Assembly: GCA_964510095.1 (NCBI GenBank)
Contig: CAZEAE010000001.1
Location: 1 to 64,000, forward strand
Length of the DNA: 64,000 bases
DNA from: an uncultured Elusimicrobia bacterium
GTDB lineage: Bacteria > Elusimicrobiota > Elusimicrobia > UBA1565 > UBA9628
Direction of reading: 5' to 3'
Shown: positions 27,545-37,432 of the stretch, piece by piece
Position numbering within the stretch: position 1 is the first letter of the stretch
Layout of the letters: each line of letters begins with the position of its first letter
Translations under genes and position numbers: made by a program
The notes under the pieces: generated by a model
The model's input: the letters and a program-made list of their open reading frames with translations, nothing else
The model's database searches: none
Told to the model about the DNA's origin: nothing

Positions 27545-28868
27545 GAGTCCTCCTGGCTCGCCGACAATCGCGGAAAGCGCCGCGGCGGCGAGCGACCGCG
27601 GTCTTCGAATAAAGCCGACCCATCAATGATATAAAACCGTCCCGGAGCTCGCCCAGGCTCATGCGCCGGGGCGTGAAGACGGGGTCGAAGAGGGTCAGCC
27701 GATCCCAAAAAGGCGCCGTCGGGAGCCGACCCTCGGACTCGAGCGTCCGAAAGAGCGGGGTCCCGGGAAACGGGGTGGGGACCGTGATCTGGACCTCCGC
27801 CAGCCCGCTGTCCGAGACGAAACGCTCGGTCTCGTCGAAGCACTCCGGCCCGTCGGAGTCGAGCCCCAGGATGAAGCAGCCGTTGACGCTGATCCCATAG
27901 GACTGGATGCGGCGGATCTTCTCCAGATAGCCGTCGAATCGCCGGCGCTTCCAATCGCGGCTATCAAGGCCGCGCAAAGACTCGGGCGAGGCGGACTCCA
28001 GCCCGATCAAGAGCTGGACGCAGTTCGACTCGGCCAGCAGCTCGAGCAGCTCGGGGTCGTCGGCCACCGAGATATCGGTCTCGGTGAACCAGCGCAGCGG
28101 ATACTCCTTGAACAACCGCGCGAGCTTCCGCGACCAGGGCTTGCTCGCGAAGCTGTTGTCGTCGGCGAGCTCGAGGAACGGCCGGGGCCAGCGCGCGAGC
28201 AGCGCCTCGAGCTCGCGCCGGACCTGGAAGATGGGCTTCAGCCGGTAGGGGCTGATCGTGCGCGAGGCGCCGCAGAACGAACAGTCGAGCGGGCAGCCGC
28301 GCGCGGTCTGCAGCGTCAGGCGGTTGTAGCGCGAGACCTCCAGCAGCTCATAGCGCGGCGGAGGCGCCGGTCTCGTCCAAAGAGCCCGCGCGCGCCGACG
28401 GTAGAGAGGGCGCAGCCGCCCGGCCGCGGCGTCTTCGAGCAGGCCCGCCCATACCGGCTCGGCCTCGCCGACGACGAGCGCGTCGGCGTGCGCGGCGGCC
28501 TCCTCCGGCATCGCCGAGACGTGGAGTCCGCCGAGCGCGACGGCGACGCCCCGCGCGCGAAGCTGGTCGCTCAAACGATAGGTCTCCAGGATCCTCGGCG
28601 ACAGGCTGGAGATCGCGACGAGGTCGAATCCTTCCAAGGCGATGGCGTCGGCCGCCCCCTCTGGGAGCTCGTCATATTCGCGGTAGACCGGCTCCCAGTC
28701 CGCCGGACAAAGCGCGGCGAGCGTCAGCAAAGACAGGCTCGGCAGGCTGGCGATGACGCGGCCGCGCTCCACGAACCCGGGCAGCGTGAGGCCGGCCTTC
28801 TGCAAGCGCGCGTCCTGGATGCGCAGCCCGCTCATCGCGAGCAACAGCACGCGCCGGGTCGTCGCCAT
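27519..28868 (-). CDS. B12-binding domain-containing radical SAM protein
   Basis: N-terminal Rossmann-like B12-binding region; radical SAM CxxxCxxC in LTLQTARGCPLDCSFCGAS. Confidence 0.8.
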   Translation of the reverse strand: MATTRRVLLLAMSGLRIQDARLQKAGLTLPGFVERGRVIASLPSLSLLTLAALCPADWEPVYREYDELPEGAADAIALEGFDLVAISSLSPRILETYRLSDQLRARGVAVALGGLHVSAMPEEAAAHADALVVGEAEPVWAGLLEDAAAGRLRPLYRRRARALWTRPAPPPRYELLEVSRYNRLTLQTARGCPLDCSFCGASRTISPYRLKPIFQVRRELEALLARWPRPFLELADDNSFASKPWSRKLARLFKEYPLRWFTETDISVADDPELLELLAESNCVQLLIGLESASPESLRGLDSRDWKRRRFDGYLEKIRRIQSYGISVNGCFILGLDSDGPECFDETERFVSDSGLAEVQITVPTPFPGTPLFRTLESEGRLPTAPFWDRLTLFDPVFTPRRMSLGELRDGFISLMGRLYSKTAVARRRGAFRDCRRARRTHERAASGV

Positions 28869-28963
28869 CCGCTAGATGATACATCACAAAGACGGGGTCG
28901 CGAGGCTCTTTGGCGTTGACGGGCCTCAATACGATTTCGCCCGTTTTGTGGTAGAATCGGCTC

Positions 28964-30754
28964 ATGACCAACAATTTAAAGCTCAAAGCCTGGGTCGACG
29001 ACATGTCCGCCCTCTGCCAGCCCGACCAAGTCGTCTGGATCGACGGCTCGGAAGAAGAAAGGTCGCACCTGGAGGCCGAGGCGGTGGCCTCCGGTGAGAT
29101 GGTCCGGCTCGACCAGAAGAAGCACCCCGGCGGGCTCTATCATCGCACGGACGAGAACGACGTCGCCCGCACCGAGCATCTGACCTTCATCTGCACCCGC
29201 AGGAAGGAAGACGTCGGCCCCACCAACAACTGGATGTCCCCGGAAGACGGCTACAAGAAAGCCGCCGACATCTTCCGCGATTCGATGAAAGGCCGCACGA
29301 TGTACGTGATCCCCTTCTCGATGGGCGTCGTAGGCTCGCCTTTCTCCAAGATCGGCGTCCAGCTGACCGATTCCATCTACGTCGTCCTCAACATGCGCAT
29401 CATGACGCGCGTCGGCCAGAAGGTCATCGACCAGCTCGGCAAGGACGGCCTCTTCACCAAATGCCTGCATGGCAAGGCCGACCTCGACGTCACCAACCGC
29501 CTGATCCTCCACTTCCCCCAGGACAACGCCATCTGGAGCGTCGGCTCCGGCTACGGCGGCAACGCCCTGCTCGGCAAGAAGTGCCTGGCCCTGCGCATCG
29601 CCAGCTTTCTGGCCCGCAAGGAGCACTGGCTGGCCGAGCATATGCTGATCCTGGGCGTCGAGGACAGCAAAGGCCGCGTCGAATACATCACCGCCGCTTT
29701 CCCCAGCGCCTGCGGCAAGACCAACCTGGCCATGCTCATCCCGCCCGAAGGCCTCAAGGCCAAGGGCTACAAGATCTGGACCGTGGGCGACGACATCGCC
29801 TGGCTGCGCATCGGCCCCGACGGCCGCCTCTGGGCGATGAACCCCGAAGCCGGCTTCTTCGGCGTCGCTCCGGGCACCAACAGCAAGAGCAACCCTAACG
29901 CGCTGGCCACCGTCCAAAAGAACACGATCTTCACCAACACGGTGCTGACCAAGGCCGGCTCGGTCTGGTGGGAAGACGGCGAAGGCCCGGCTCCCGAGAA
30001 CGCCTGGGACTGGCGCGGCCAAGAGTGGCATCCGGGCGAGAAGGACGCCAACGGCAAGGCCATCCCTGGCGCGCACCCCAACAGCCGCTTCACCGCCCCC
30101 GCCGCGCAGTGCCCGTCGATCTCGTCGCATTGGGAAGACGCTCAGGGCGTGCCGATCTCGGCCATCGTCTTCGGCGGAAGGCGCGAGACCGTCGCGCCCC
30201 TGGTCTACGAGTCCTTGGACTGGAACCACGGCGTCTATGTCGGCGCCACCGTGGCCTCCGAACGGACCGCCGCCCAGGTAGGCGCCCTCGGGGAGGTGCG
30301 CCGCGACCCCATGGCCATGCTGCCCTTCTGCGGCTACAACATGGCCGACTACTTCGCCCATTGGATGGACATGGGCACGCGCATCCCCAAGCCGCCGAAG
30401 ATCTTCCACGTCAATTGGTTCCGCAAGGACGAGAAAGGCAAGTTCCTCTGGCCCGGCTTCGGCGACAACCTGCGCGTCATCGAATGGGTCCTAGCCCGCA
30501 CCCGCGGCGAGGGCAAGGCGCAAAAGACGCCGATCGGCTTCGTGCCGACGCCCGACGCCATCGACCTCTCCGGCCTGAAACTGGCGCCCGGCACGATGGA
30601 GAAGCTCGTCGAAGTCCGGACGGAGGACTGGGAGCGCGAGCTCGAAGGCCATAAGAAGTTCTTCGAGACCTTCGGCGAACGCCTGGGAGTCTCCATGTGG
30701 CAGCAATACGACGCCCTGAAGGGCCGCCTCAAGCAGAAAGTCGGCGCGCGCTAG
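28964..30754 (+). CDS. pckG: Phosphoenolpyruvate carboxykinase (GTP)
   Basis: Full-length GTP-PEPCK: LKAWVDDMSALCQPDQVVWIDGSEEE, kinase-1a FPSACGKTN, P-loop region, C-terminal nucleotide-binding motifs. Confidence 0.95.
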   Translation: MTNNLKLKAWVDDMSALCQPDQVVWIDGSEEERSHLEAEAVASGEMVRLDQKKHPGGLYHRTDENDVARTEHLTFICTRRKEDVGPTNNWMSPEDGYKKAADIFRDSMKGRTMYVIPFSMGVVGSPFSKIGVQLTDSIYVVLNMRIMTRVGQKVIDQLGKDGLFTKCLHGKADLDVTNRLILHFPQDNAIWSVGSGYGGNALLGKKCLALRIASFLARKEHWLAEHMLILGVEDSKGRVEYITAAFPSACGKTNLAMLIPPEGLKAKGYKIWTVGDDIAWLRIGPDGRLWAMNPEAGFFGVAPGTNSKSNPNALATVQKNTIFTNTVLTKAGSVWWEDGEGPAPENAWDWRGQEWHPGEKDANGKAIPGAHPNSRFTAPAAQCPSISSHWEDAQGVPISAIVFGGRRETVAPLVYESLDWNHGVYVGATVASERTAAQVGALGEVRRDPMAMLPFCGYNMADYFAHWMDMGTRIPKPPKIFHVNWFRKDEKGKFLWPGFGDNLRVIEWVLARTRGEGKAQKTPIGFVPTPDAIDLSGLKLAPGTMEKLVEVRTEDWERELEGHKKFFETFGERLGVSMWQQYDALKGRLKQKVGAR

Positions 30755-32250
30755 CCGGCGATAAGGCTCAACGAACCCTTGAGGCCGGCGTCCAGGCTCT
30801 GAGCCTTGGCCTGGTCCTTGATGCCGCCCAGGTTGATGCGCACGTTCTCCGCGGCGCAATGAGCGGCGGCCTTGAGCAGGTGCGCGGCGCAGTTCATGTC
30901 GGAAGCCACCGCGCTGCCCGATAAGGGCAGAGTCGCCAGCACCAAACCATAGGCCTCCACGGCCTTGCCCGTCGTCTGAAGCGGGACCTCCGCGGCATGG
31001 ATCAGGGCAGCCTGCATCCGAGGGGCGCGATCGACGTCATCCTTAGGCATGCCCGCGGCGGCCATAAAGAGGTCGAAGGCCGCGGCGTCCTTGGAGGTCA
31101 GCTCATCGAACTCCGCCTTATACCGCTTGAACGCCGTATGCGCATCCTCGAGGGCGGGTTTTTTAGCGGAATCGAGCTTCTTGGACTTGAGCGTGATCCC
31201 CACAGCCATCATGCCCAGGCCGCAGCCCATGGCGGCGGCGATGCCGGCCGCCGAGCCGCCGCCGGGCGTGGCCTCGGTGTTGGACAAGGCGTCGGCCACG
31301 ACGCGGGCCGCTTTCCGCCAGTCCAGGCCCGGTCCCGTCGAGGCCCCCACGGCCGCCAAACGCTCCTCCAAGACCTGCACGGCGGGATCGAAATGCTCGA
31401 GCCCCAGGGTGTCCAGCGCGAAGTCGAGCAAGGCCTGGCGAGGAAGAAGGCCGACGATCTCCGTGGAGACGATCTTGGCCTTATGACCTGCGGCCAGCTT
31501 CATGGTCTCGGCCAGGACGCGCACCATCGAGGTCTTCTTATAATCGGTGAGCACGGTGGAGATCTGCACCTGTTTGCGAGACGCCAGATCGATCTCCTTG
31601 GCGCGCACGGCGGGCAGGCCCCCGCCCGAGGCGCGCAGGCGCTTGGCGATATCCTTGCCGGCGGCCATGTCATGGATGTCCAGGTTCAGGTTGAAGTTGA
31701 TGATCTGCTGGCGCGCGCCGACGGCCACGGCGCCGGCGGTGGGGTGGATCCGGTCGGGGCCGTAGTCCGGCGTCCGAGAGGCGTCCTTGCCGATGAGCTC
31801 GCGCAGGCCTTCGAACTGCCCTTTGCGCACCGCCGCCAGATCCTTGCGCCCCTCCACCTTGGCGGCCTGGTCGTAAAGATAGGCGGGGATCTCCAGCTCA
31901 CGGCCTATGCGCTCGGCCAGCTTCTCGGCCAGCGCGACGCACTCCGAGATGGTGATGCCCGTCACGGGAATGAACGGGATCACGTCTACGGCGCCCATCC
32001 GCGGGTGCTCGCCCTTATGCTGCGTCAAGTCGATGAGCTCCTTGGACTTTTGGGCGACCCTGAAGCAGGCCTCGAGCGCGGCCTCCGGCGGAGCCACGAA
32101 GGACAGCACGCAGCGGTTATGGTCGGCATCGATCTCGACGTCGAGCAAGGAGACTCCGGGCACCGCGGTGGCGGCGTCGACGATCTTGCCGACCTTCACC
32201 TTGTCCCGGCCTTCCGAAAAATTAGGAACGCATTCGACGAGCACGCTCAT
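30751..32250 (-). CDS. ftcD: Glutamate formimidoyltransferase / formimidoyltetrahydrofolate cyclodeaminase (bifunctional FTCD)
   Basis: N-terminus MSVLVECVPNFSEGRD (formiminotransferase hallmark); C-terminal ~190 aa with cyclodeaminase-like PGGGSAAGIAAAMGCGLGMMAVGI. Confidence 0.85.
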   Translation of the reverse strand: MSVLVECVPNFSEGRDKVKVGKIVDAATAVPGVSLLDVEIDADHNRCVLSFVAPPEAALEACFRVAQKSKELIDLTQHKGEHPRMGAVDVIPFIPVTGITISECVALAEKLAERIGRELEIPAYLYDQAAKVEGRKDLAAVRKGQFEGLRELIGKDASRTPDYGPDRIHPTAGAVAVGARQQIINFNLNLDIHDMAAGKDIAKRLRASGGGLPAVRAKEIDLASRKQVQISTVLTDYKKTSMVRVLAETMKLAAGHKAKIVSTEIVGLLPRQALLDFALDTLGLEHFDPAVQVLEERLAAVGASTGPGLDWRKAARVVADALSNTEATPGGGSAAGIAAAMGCGLGMMAVGITLKSKKLDSAKKPALEDAHTAFKRYKAEFDELTSKDAAAFDLFMAAAGMPKDDVDRAPRMQAALIHAAEVPLQTTGKAVEAYGLVLATLPLSGSAVASDMNCAAHLLKAAAHCAAENVRINLGGIKDQAKAQSLDAGLKGSLSLIAG

Positions 32251-32278
32251 GGGAGTCTCCTGTAAGAGGCCTATTATA

Positions 32279-32313
32279 ACAATAACCGAATAACCGAGGG
32301 CCTGGCACCGGTT
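32279..32313. repeat. Solo diverged copy of the REP-like repeat that flanks the transposase at 47.5 kb
   Basis: caataaccgaataaccgagggcctggcaccggttg vs caataaccgaacaactgtggtgcctggcccc (first 11 nt identical, ~21/31 overall); located in the ftcD-methyltransferase intergenic spacer. Confidence 0.3.
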
Positions 32314-32314
32314 G

Positions 32315-33133
32315 CTAGAAGGGGCGGCGGGCTAGGGCCAGGATGCGGGAGGGCTTGGCGCCGGCGCCCTGCTCGATGAGGCCGCGGCCAAGGGCGACGC
32401 GCTCGAAGCCGGCTTTCTCAAGCGCCGCCTTCAGCCGCGGCCGTGAGTACATCCGCACGAAGGTCCTGGTGCGGCTGGTCCGGCCGTTCGGGGCGATGAT
32501 GAAGCGCTCGGCGATCATCGCCGGGTCTTTGCCTTCGCGCAGCGAGGTCGCCTCCAGCATCCAATAGCCCCGGATGCGGTCCCAATGGCGCGGCGGAAAA
32601 CCGCCGGTGAAGCGCGCCGGGTCTACGACCTCCAGCACCAGCCACCCCCCCGGCTTGAGCGCCCGACGCATGGAGCGCAGGGTCCGTTCGTCGTCGGCGC
32701 GGCTCGGGAAGTAGCCGAAGCTCGTCCAAAGGTTCAAGACGACGTCGTAGGCCTTCTCAAAGCCCAGCCGCCTCATGTCGCCTTGGACGAATCGGACGGC
32801 CAGTTTGGCCCTTTGCGCCCGGCGGCGAGCCTGCTTGAGGTAAGAGGTCGAGTAGTCCAAACCGGTGACGTCATAGCCCGCCGCGGCCAGCGGCACGCTA
32901 TGGCGGCCTACCCCGCATGCGACGTCTAAGACCCGCGCGCCGCGCCCAGCCGGCAAAAGGCGTCTTAACTCCCGGACTTCCAGCTGGGTTGCGTCTATAT
33001 CGATGAGGCTGGCAAGCGGATAGACCCCTTCCCTGAAGAAGCCCTTCCACCAATCCTTCAAGGCCGCACCGCCGGCATCAAGCCAAGCGCGACTGCACCC
33101 ACTCCAAGAACCGCCGAGCGAGCTTCTCCGCAT
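32315..33133 (-). CDS. Class I SAM-dependent methyltransferase
   Basis: Motif I VLDVACGVGRHSVPLAAAGYDVTGLD; start chosen at MRRSS (the ORF extends to 33271 but then overlaps the HEPN gene extensively). Confidence 0.7.
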   Translation of the reverse strand: MRRSSLGGSWSGCSRAWLDAGGAALKDWWKGFFREGVYPLASLIDIDATQLEVRELRRLLPAGRGARVLDVACGVGRHSVPLAAAGYDVTGLDYSTSYLKQARRRAQRAKLAVRFVQGDMRRLGFEKAYDVVLNLWTSFGYFPSRADDERTLRSMRRALKPGGWLVLEVVDPARFTGGFPPRHWDRIRGYWMLEATSLREGKDPAMIAERFIIAPNGRTSRTRTFVRMYSRPRLKAALEKAGFERVALGRGLIEQGAGAKPSRILALARRPF

Positions 33134-33485
33134 CCCTGCCTTCCGCCTCGGTAACTTCCCGATCCTCATAGGCGGAGAGGTTCTTGTATCCCAGCACTTT
33201 CGAAAGAGTCTGTATCTTGGAGCCGAGTTGGTCGTCTTTGATATGCTGCCGCAAGAGGCCGGCAACATCATGATGGGAGTCGCCTATCGATCGGACGCCG
33301 CCATAGTAGACCAAGAGCGCGTCCGCCGCCGAAATCGCCGCATGAACGGCGTTTAAGCCCACGGCGTCCCAATCGCCTATGTTCAAGGCCGACTCCGAGG
33401 CTCGAAGGAATTCCAGCGCCTTCTTAAGATACGTCCCATGGCGCTCGCGAGAGACGGTGCGCGTCTTGAGCTTCTTTGGGGTCAT
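33078..33485 (-). CDS. HEPN domain protein (toxin of HEPN/MNT toxin-antitoxin pair)
   Basis: 135 aa helical; downstream of and overlapping the nucleotidyltransferase gene by 4 nt; ~55% GC. Confidence 0.6.
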   Translation of the reverse strand: MTPKKLKTRTVSRERHGTYLKKALEFLRASESALNIGDWDAVGLNAVHAAISAADALLVYYGGVRSIGDSHHDVAGLLRQHIKDDQLGSKIQTLSKVLGYKNLSAYEDREVTEAEGRDAEKLARRFLEWVQSRLA

Positions 33486-34093
33486 GACAGCAACTCCTTG
33501 ATGTCCTTGCCGTAAATGGTCCGTCCATCCTTAAGAATCTCGCGGATCAGCGGAAGCTTCTGATGGTGTTTGCGCAGCAACTCCGGCAAGGTTTGAATGT
33601 AGTGAGACAGCGGGACGTTGAAGCGCTTGAACAACAGCGCGCTGAGCCGTTCGACGCGCGGCTCCAGAGCTTCCAGGCCTTCCTTTGCGGGAATAACGAC
33701 CAGGAGGTCAAGATCGCTGCCGAGCTGCTCCGTGCCTCGCGCCATGCTGCCAAAAAGCACGATGGCGAGGATATCGGACCCGCGGGAATCGACCAGGGAC
33801 CTCCTAACAACGGCCTCAAGTTGCTTGGGCATGGCCGCTTCTGCCTTAAATAGTAGCGCGAAGACATTCCGGATGAGATAATTGTCGGGATTGATCTTGT
33901 AGAGATGGACGTTTGAGACCCGCCTCAAAAGGACAAGCCCCCGGGCGTCTAGCTTTTTGAGGGTCTCGTGACAGGCGGGCGCGCTCAGGCCGATCTTGCG
34001 CGCGATCTCCCGTCCGCTCCATTCGCCTTGGCTGCGCCAAAGAAACCTCAAAACGCGCGATTGAGCGTCTTCATGAAGAGGAGTGTTAGGCAT
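33482..34093 (-). CDS. Nucleotidyltransferase (MNT/minimal NTase) with N-terminal winged-HTH (antitoxin partner of HEPN)
   Basis: NTase motif LFGSMARGTEQLGSDLDLLVV (GS...DxD); N-terminal wHTH SGREIARKIGLSAPACHETLKKLDARGLV. Confidence 0.75.
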   Translation of the reverse strand: MPNTPLHEDAQSRVLRFLWRSQGEWSGREIARKIGLSAPACHETLKKLDARGLVLLRRVSNVHLYKINPDNYLIRNVFALLFKAEAAMPKQLEAVVRRSLVDSRGSDILAIVLFGSMARGTEQLGSDLDLLVVIPAKEGLEALEPRVERLSALLFKRFNVPLSHYIQTLPELLRKHHQKLPLIREILKDGRTIYGKDIKELLS

Positions 34094-34155
34094 ACATTAC
34101 AGTTGTTATATTAACCTAACAAGTATAGCAGGAAACCATGAGTGCGGCCAGTCCC

Positions 34156-35496
34156 TCAAGGCTTGAGGACCAAGGTCCGCAGTTCCGTGAACTCCTCCAT
34201 CGCGTAGCGCACGCCTTCCCGCCCCGTGCCCGAGTCGCGCACGCCGCCGTAGGGCATGGCGTCGGAACGGTAGGCCGGGATGTCGTTGACGATCAGCCCT
34301 CCGACGGGCAGGCGGCCCCAGGAGCGGAACACCGCGCCCATGTCGTTGGTGAAGAGCCCGGCCTGCAGGCCGTAGGAGCCGCTGGCCAGCTTGTCGAGGG
34401 CGGCTTGGCGCGAGGCGACCTTCTCCAAAGTCGCCACCGGGCCGAAGGCCTCCTCGCAGGACAGCTTGCAGGAATCCGGCGCGTCCTCCACGAGCGTCGG
34501 CGCGACGCGGTCGCCGCTGCGCTTGCCGCCGAGGACGAGCTTGCCGCCGCCGGCCACCGCCTCCTGGATCCAGCTTTCGACGCGGACGGCGGCGGCCTCG
34601 TCGATGAGCGGTCCGATGTCGGTGTTCTCGTCCATCGGGTCGCCGGTCTTGAGTTCGGCCACGTTCTTGAGGAACAGGTCCTTGAACTCGGCGTAGACCG
34701 GCGCTTCGACCAGGATGCGCTGCACCGAGATGCAGACCTGCCCCGAGTAGTAGTAGGCGCCCCAGGCGCAGCGGGCCGCCGCCCAAGGCACGTCGGCGTC
34801 GCTCGCCACGAGCACCCCGGCGTTGCCCCCGAGCTCGAGCACCACATGCTTCTTGCCGGCGATAGACTTGAGGAACCACCCCACCTTCGCGCTGCCCGTG
34901 AACGAGAGGACTCCGAAGCGCTCGTCTCGGACCAGCGCCTCGGCCGCCTCGATGGGGGCCGACACCACCGCCATGGCCTCCTCCGGCCAGCCGGAGGCGA
35001 GGATCAGGGCCGCGAGCTTGAGCGCCGTGCGCGGCGCCGCCGGCGCGGGCTTGAGCACGAAGGGCGTGCCGACGGCGATGGCGGGCGCGACTTTATGCGC
35101 CACCAGATTGAGCGGGAAATTAAAAGGCGTGATGAAGAGCGCGGGGCCGCGCGGGAAGCGCCGCGTCAGAGCGATGCGCCCTTCCGAATTGGCGTCGAGG
35201 TCCAGCGGCAGGATCTCGCCTCCGAAACGCTTGGCCTCCTCGCTGGCCCAGCGGAAGCAAAACACGGCCCGGCCCACCTCCCGGCGAGCCTCCTTGAGGG
35301 GCTTCTTGACCTCCGTGACGATCAGCCGGGCGAAGGCCTCGGCATCCTTCTCCAGGCCTTCGGAGATCGACAGGAGGATCTTCGCGCGCGCATGGGAAGG
35401 CAGCGCCGCGGCGATCGGCGCCGCCTTGGCGATGCGCCCGACCAGCTCGTGCGCCTCACGCGCGTTTAAGACTCGATCTTGAACCATTTCAGCCAT
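34156..35496 (-). CDS. NAD(P)+-dependent aldehyde dehydrogenase family protein
   Basis: ALDH catalytic Cys context (YYYSGQVCISVQRILV), Glu-active-site motif LELGGNAG, Rossmann GSAKVG; start MAEMVQDRV preceded by a GGGGGA RBS. Confidence 0.9.
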   Translation of the reverse strand: MAEMVQDRVLNAREAHELVGRIAKAAPIAAALPSHARAKILLSISEGLEKDAEAFARLIVTEVKKPLKEARREVGRAVFCFRWASEEAKRFGGEILPLDLDANSEGRIALTRRFPRGPALFITPFNFPLNLVAHKVAPAIAVGTPFVLKPAPAAPRTALKLAALILASGWPEEAMAVVSAPIEAAEALVRDERFGVLSFTGSAKVGWFLKSIAGKKHVVLELGGNAGVLVASDADVPWAAARCAWGAYYYSGQVCISVQRILVEAPVYAEFKDLFLKNVAELKTGDPMDENTDIGPLIDEAAAVRVESWIQEAVAGGGKLVLGGKRSGDRVAPTLVEDAPDSCKLSCEEAFGPVATLEKVASRQAALDKLASGSYGLQAGLFTNDMGAVFRSWGRLPVGGLIVNDIPAYRSDAMPYGGVRDSGTGREGVRYAMEEFTELRTLVLKP

Positions 35497-36164
35497 TTTT
35501 CGATCCCCCTGAAATCTCGCGCCAGATGATCCGGCTTGGCCGCCACGAGGCAATCCCAAGCGGCGAAACCGGTGCCGACGGCCACGGTCCTATAGCCCGC
35601 CTTCTTGCCGGCGGCCACGTCCAACGGGGTGTCTCCGATGACGTAGACGTCGGCGTGCCTGATCCGTTGGGCGGTGAGCTTTTGGGCGCGTGCCACGGCC
35701 TTCTTCAGCAAGTTCGCCCGATGCAGGCTGTCGGAGCCGAAGCCGCCGAAGCGGAAATAGGCGTTGAAGCCCGAGGGCTCAAGCTTGATGCGGGCGCCCT
35801 TCTCCATGTTTCCCGTGCCCAAGCCCAGCAAGACCTCGTCGCGGCGGTGGAGGGTCTTGAGCAAGGCGCGGATGCCGGGCGGCAGGATATAGTCCTTTTC
35901 CCTGATCGCGCGGCGCACGTAGCGCGGCAGGAGCCGAAGGTACTCCTGATGCAAGCGCTCCACCTCGCTGGCCGGCACGCGCCGGGACAAAGAGACTTCG
36001 CAGGCCCGGCGGAAATTCCAAAGGTCGGTGCGACCCGCCAGGTTGAACTCGCTGCAGGCGCCCTTCTTTCCGTAGAGCCGGTAGGCCGCCAGGTTGAGAG
36101 CCTTGCGTCCCGCGCCTCCGGCGCGGATCAGCGTGCCGTCGATGTCGAAGAGCAGGACCTTCAT
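35466..36164 (-). CDS. HAD-superfamily hydrolase (phosphoglycolate phosphatase-like, subfamily IA)
   Basis: Motif I MKVLLFDIDGTLI; motif III/IV region YVIGDTPLDVAAGKKAG. Confidence 0.75.
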   Translation of the reverse strand: MKVLLFDIDGTLIRAGGAGRKALNLAAYRLYGKKGACSEFNLAGRTDLWNFRRACEVSLSRRVPASEVERLHQEYLRLLPRYVRRAIREKDYILPPGIRALLKTLHRRDEVLLGLGTGNMEKGARIKLEPSGFNAYFRFGGFGSDSLHRANLLKKAVARAQKLTAQRIRHADVYVIGDTPLDVAAGKKAGYRTVAVGTGFAAWDCLVAAKPDHLARDFRGIEKWLKWFKIES

Positions 36165-37432
36165 CAGAGCTTGAGGCCGTCGCGGGAATGGACCACCGCG
36201 CCTCGCTTCATGACCCAGGCCGCTCCTGAAGCGCCGAAGTAGTAAGGTATCTCGCGGTGGTCCTCGGCATCGTAGCAGAGCAGGTCCGCCGTCTTCGATA
36301 CCTCAAGGGAGCCATGCGACTTTCCCAGGCCCAAGGCATGAGCCCCGTTGATCGTGGCCGCGACGAGCGCCTCGGCCGCGGAGAGCTTGAGCTGCGTGCA
36401 GGCGATCGAGAGGATCATGCGCATGTCCCAGCAGGGGCAGGTCCCCGGATTGAAGTCGGTGGCTAGCGCGACCGCGGCCCCCGAATCGATGAGCTTGCGC
36501 GCCGGGGGGTAGGGTTTGCCGAGGAAATAGTTCGAGCCCGGCACCAGGCAGGCTACGGTCTGGCCTCCGACCAAGCCGCCGAGGTCGTCGTCCAGGAGGC
36601 AGTCGAGATGATCGGCGGAGGCCGCCTTGAGCTCGGGCGCCAGGGAGCAAGCCCCGGTGCGCGAGAGCTGCTCGGCGTGGATCTTGGGGCGCAGACCGGC
36701 CTTGAGACCCGCTTCCAGGACCTGACGCGCCTGCGGGAGCGTGAAGTAGCCCCGATCGCAGAAGACGTCGACGAAGGCCGCCAGCTTCTCGGCCGCCACC
36801 GCGGGGATCATCGACTCGCAGACCTGCCGGACGTACTCCTCCTGCCGCCCAGCCATCTCCGGAGGCAAGGCATGGGCGCCGATGAAGGTGGCGACCAACT
36901 CGAGCGGGCCCCGCTCGCCGGCGGCCTTGATGGCCCGCAGCATCTTGAGCTCGTTGTCTAGATCCAGGCCGTAGCCCGATTTAGCCTCGAGGGTGGTCGT
37001 GCCGCATTCCAGGAAGCCCTGGCCCCTCTGGAGAAGGCCCTCGGTCAATGCGGCCTGGGTGGCGCCGCGCACGCCGTCGACGGTGGACAGGATGCCGCCG
37101 CCGCCTGCCGCCAGCTGCTCATAGCTCCGGCCCTTGATCCGGCCCTCGAAATCATCCAGCCGCGGCCCGGCGAAGACCGGATGGGAGTGGCTGTCGACGA
37201 AGCCGGGCAGCACCACGCGGCCGCCGGCGTCGATGAGGCGCGCGCTGCCGCAGCGGCTGTCGCGCAAGACCAGGTCCCTGAGGCCCGCCGCAAGGATGCG
37301 GCCGTCCTCTATCAGAACGGCGCCGTCGCGAACCAGCCCCAAGGAGGACATCTCCTTGCCGCAGCGCGCGCGGTCGGGGCCGCTCATCGTCAGCAGCTCC
37401 GCGATATTGACTACGAGGGTCGCCTTACCCAC
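36164..37432 (-). CDS. hutI: Imidazolonepropionase
   Basis: Amidohydrolase fold with HutI-type motifs (PGFVDSHSHPVFAG, GTTTLEAKSGYGLDLDNE, DHLD); in a cluster with hutU/hutH. Confidence 0.85.
   Translation of the reverse strand: MGKATLVVNIAELLTMSGPDRARCGKEMSSLGLVRDGAVLIEDGRILAAGLRDLVLRDSRCGSARLIDAGGRVVLPGFVDSHSHPVFAGPRLDDFEGRIKGRSYEQLAAGGGGILSTVDGVRGATQAALTEGLLQRGQGFLECGTTTLEAKSGYGLDLDNELKMLRAIKAAGERGPLELVATFIGAHALPPEMAGRQEEYVRQVCESMIPAVAAEKLAAFVDVFCDRGYFTLPQARQVLEAGLKAGLRPKIHAEQLSRTGACSLAPELKAASADHLDCLLDDDLGGLVGGQTVACLVPGSNYFLGKPYPPARKLIDSGAAVALATDFNPGTCPCWDMRMILSIACTQLKLSAAEALVAATINGAHALGLGKSHGSLEVSKTADLLCYDAEDHREIPYYFGASGAAWVMKRGAVVHSRDGLKL

Noticed and set aside
28976-32265. Antisense ORFs over pckG (28976-30409) and ftcD (30997-32265)
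   Set aside because: Opposite-strand shadows of strongly conserved enzymes; no motifs of their own.
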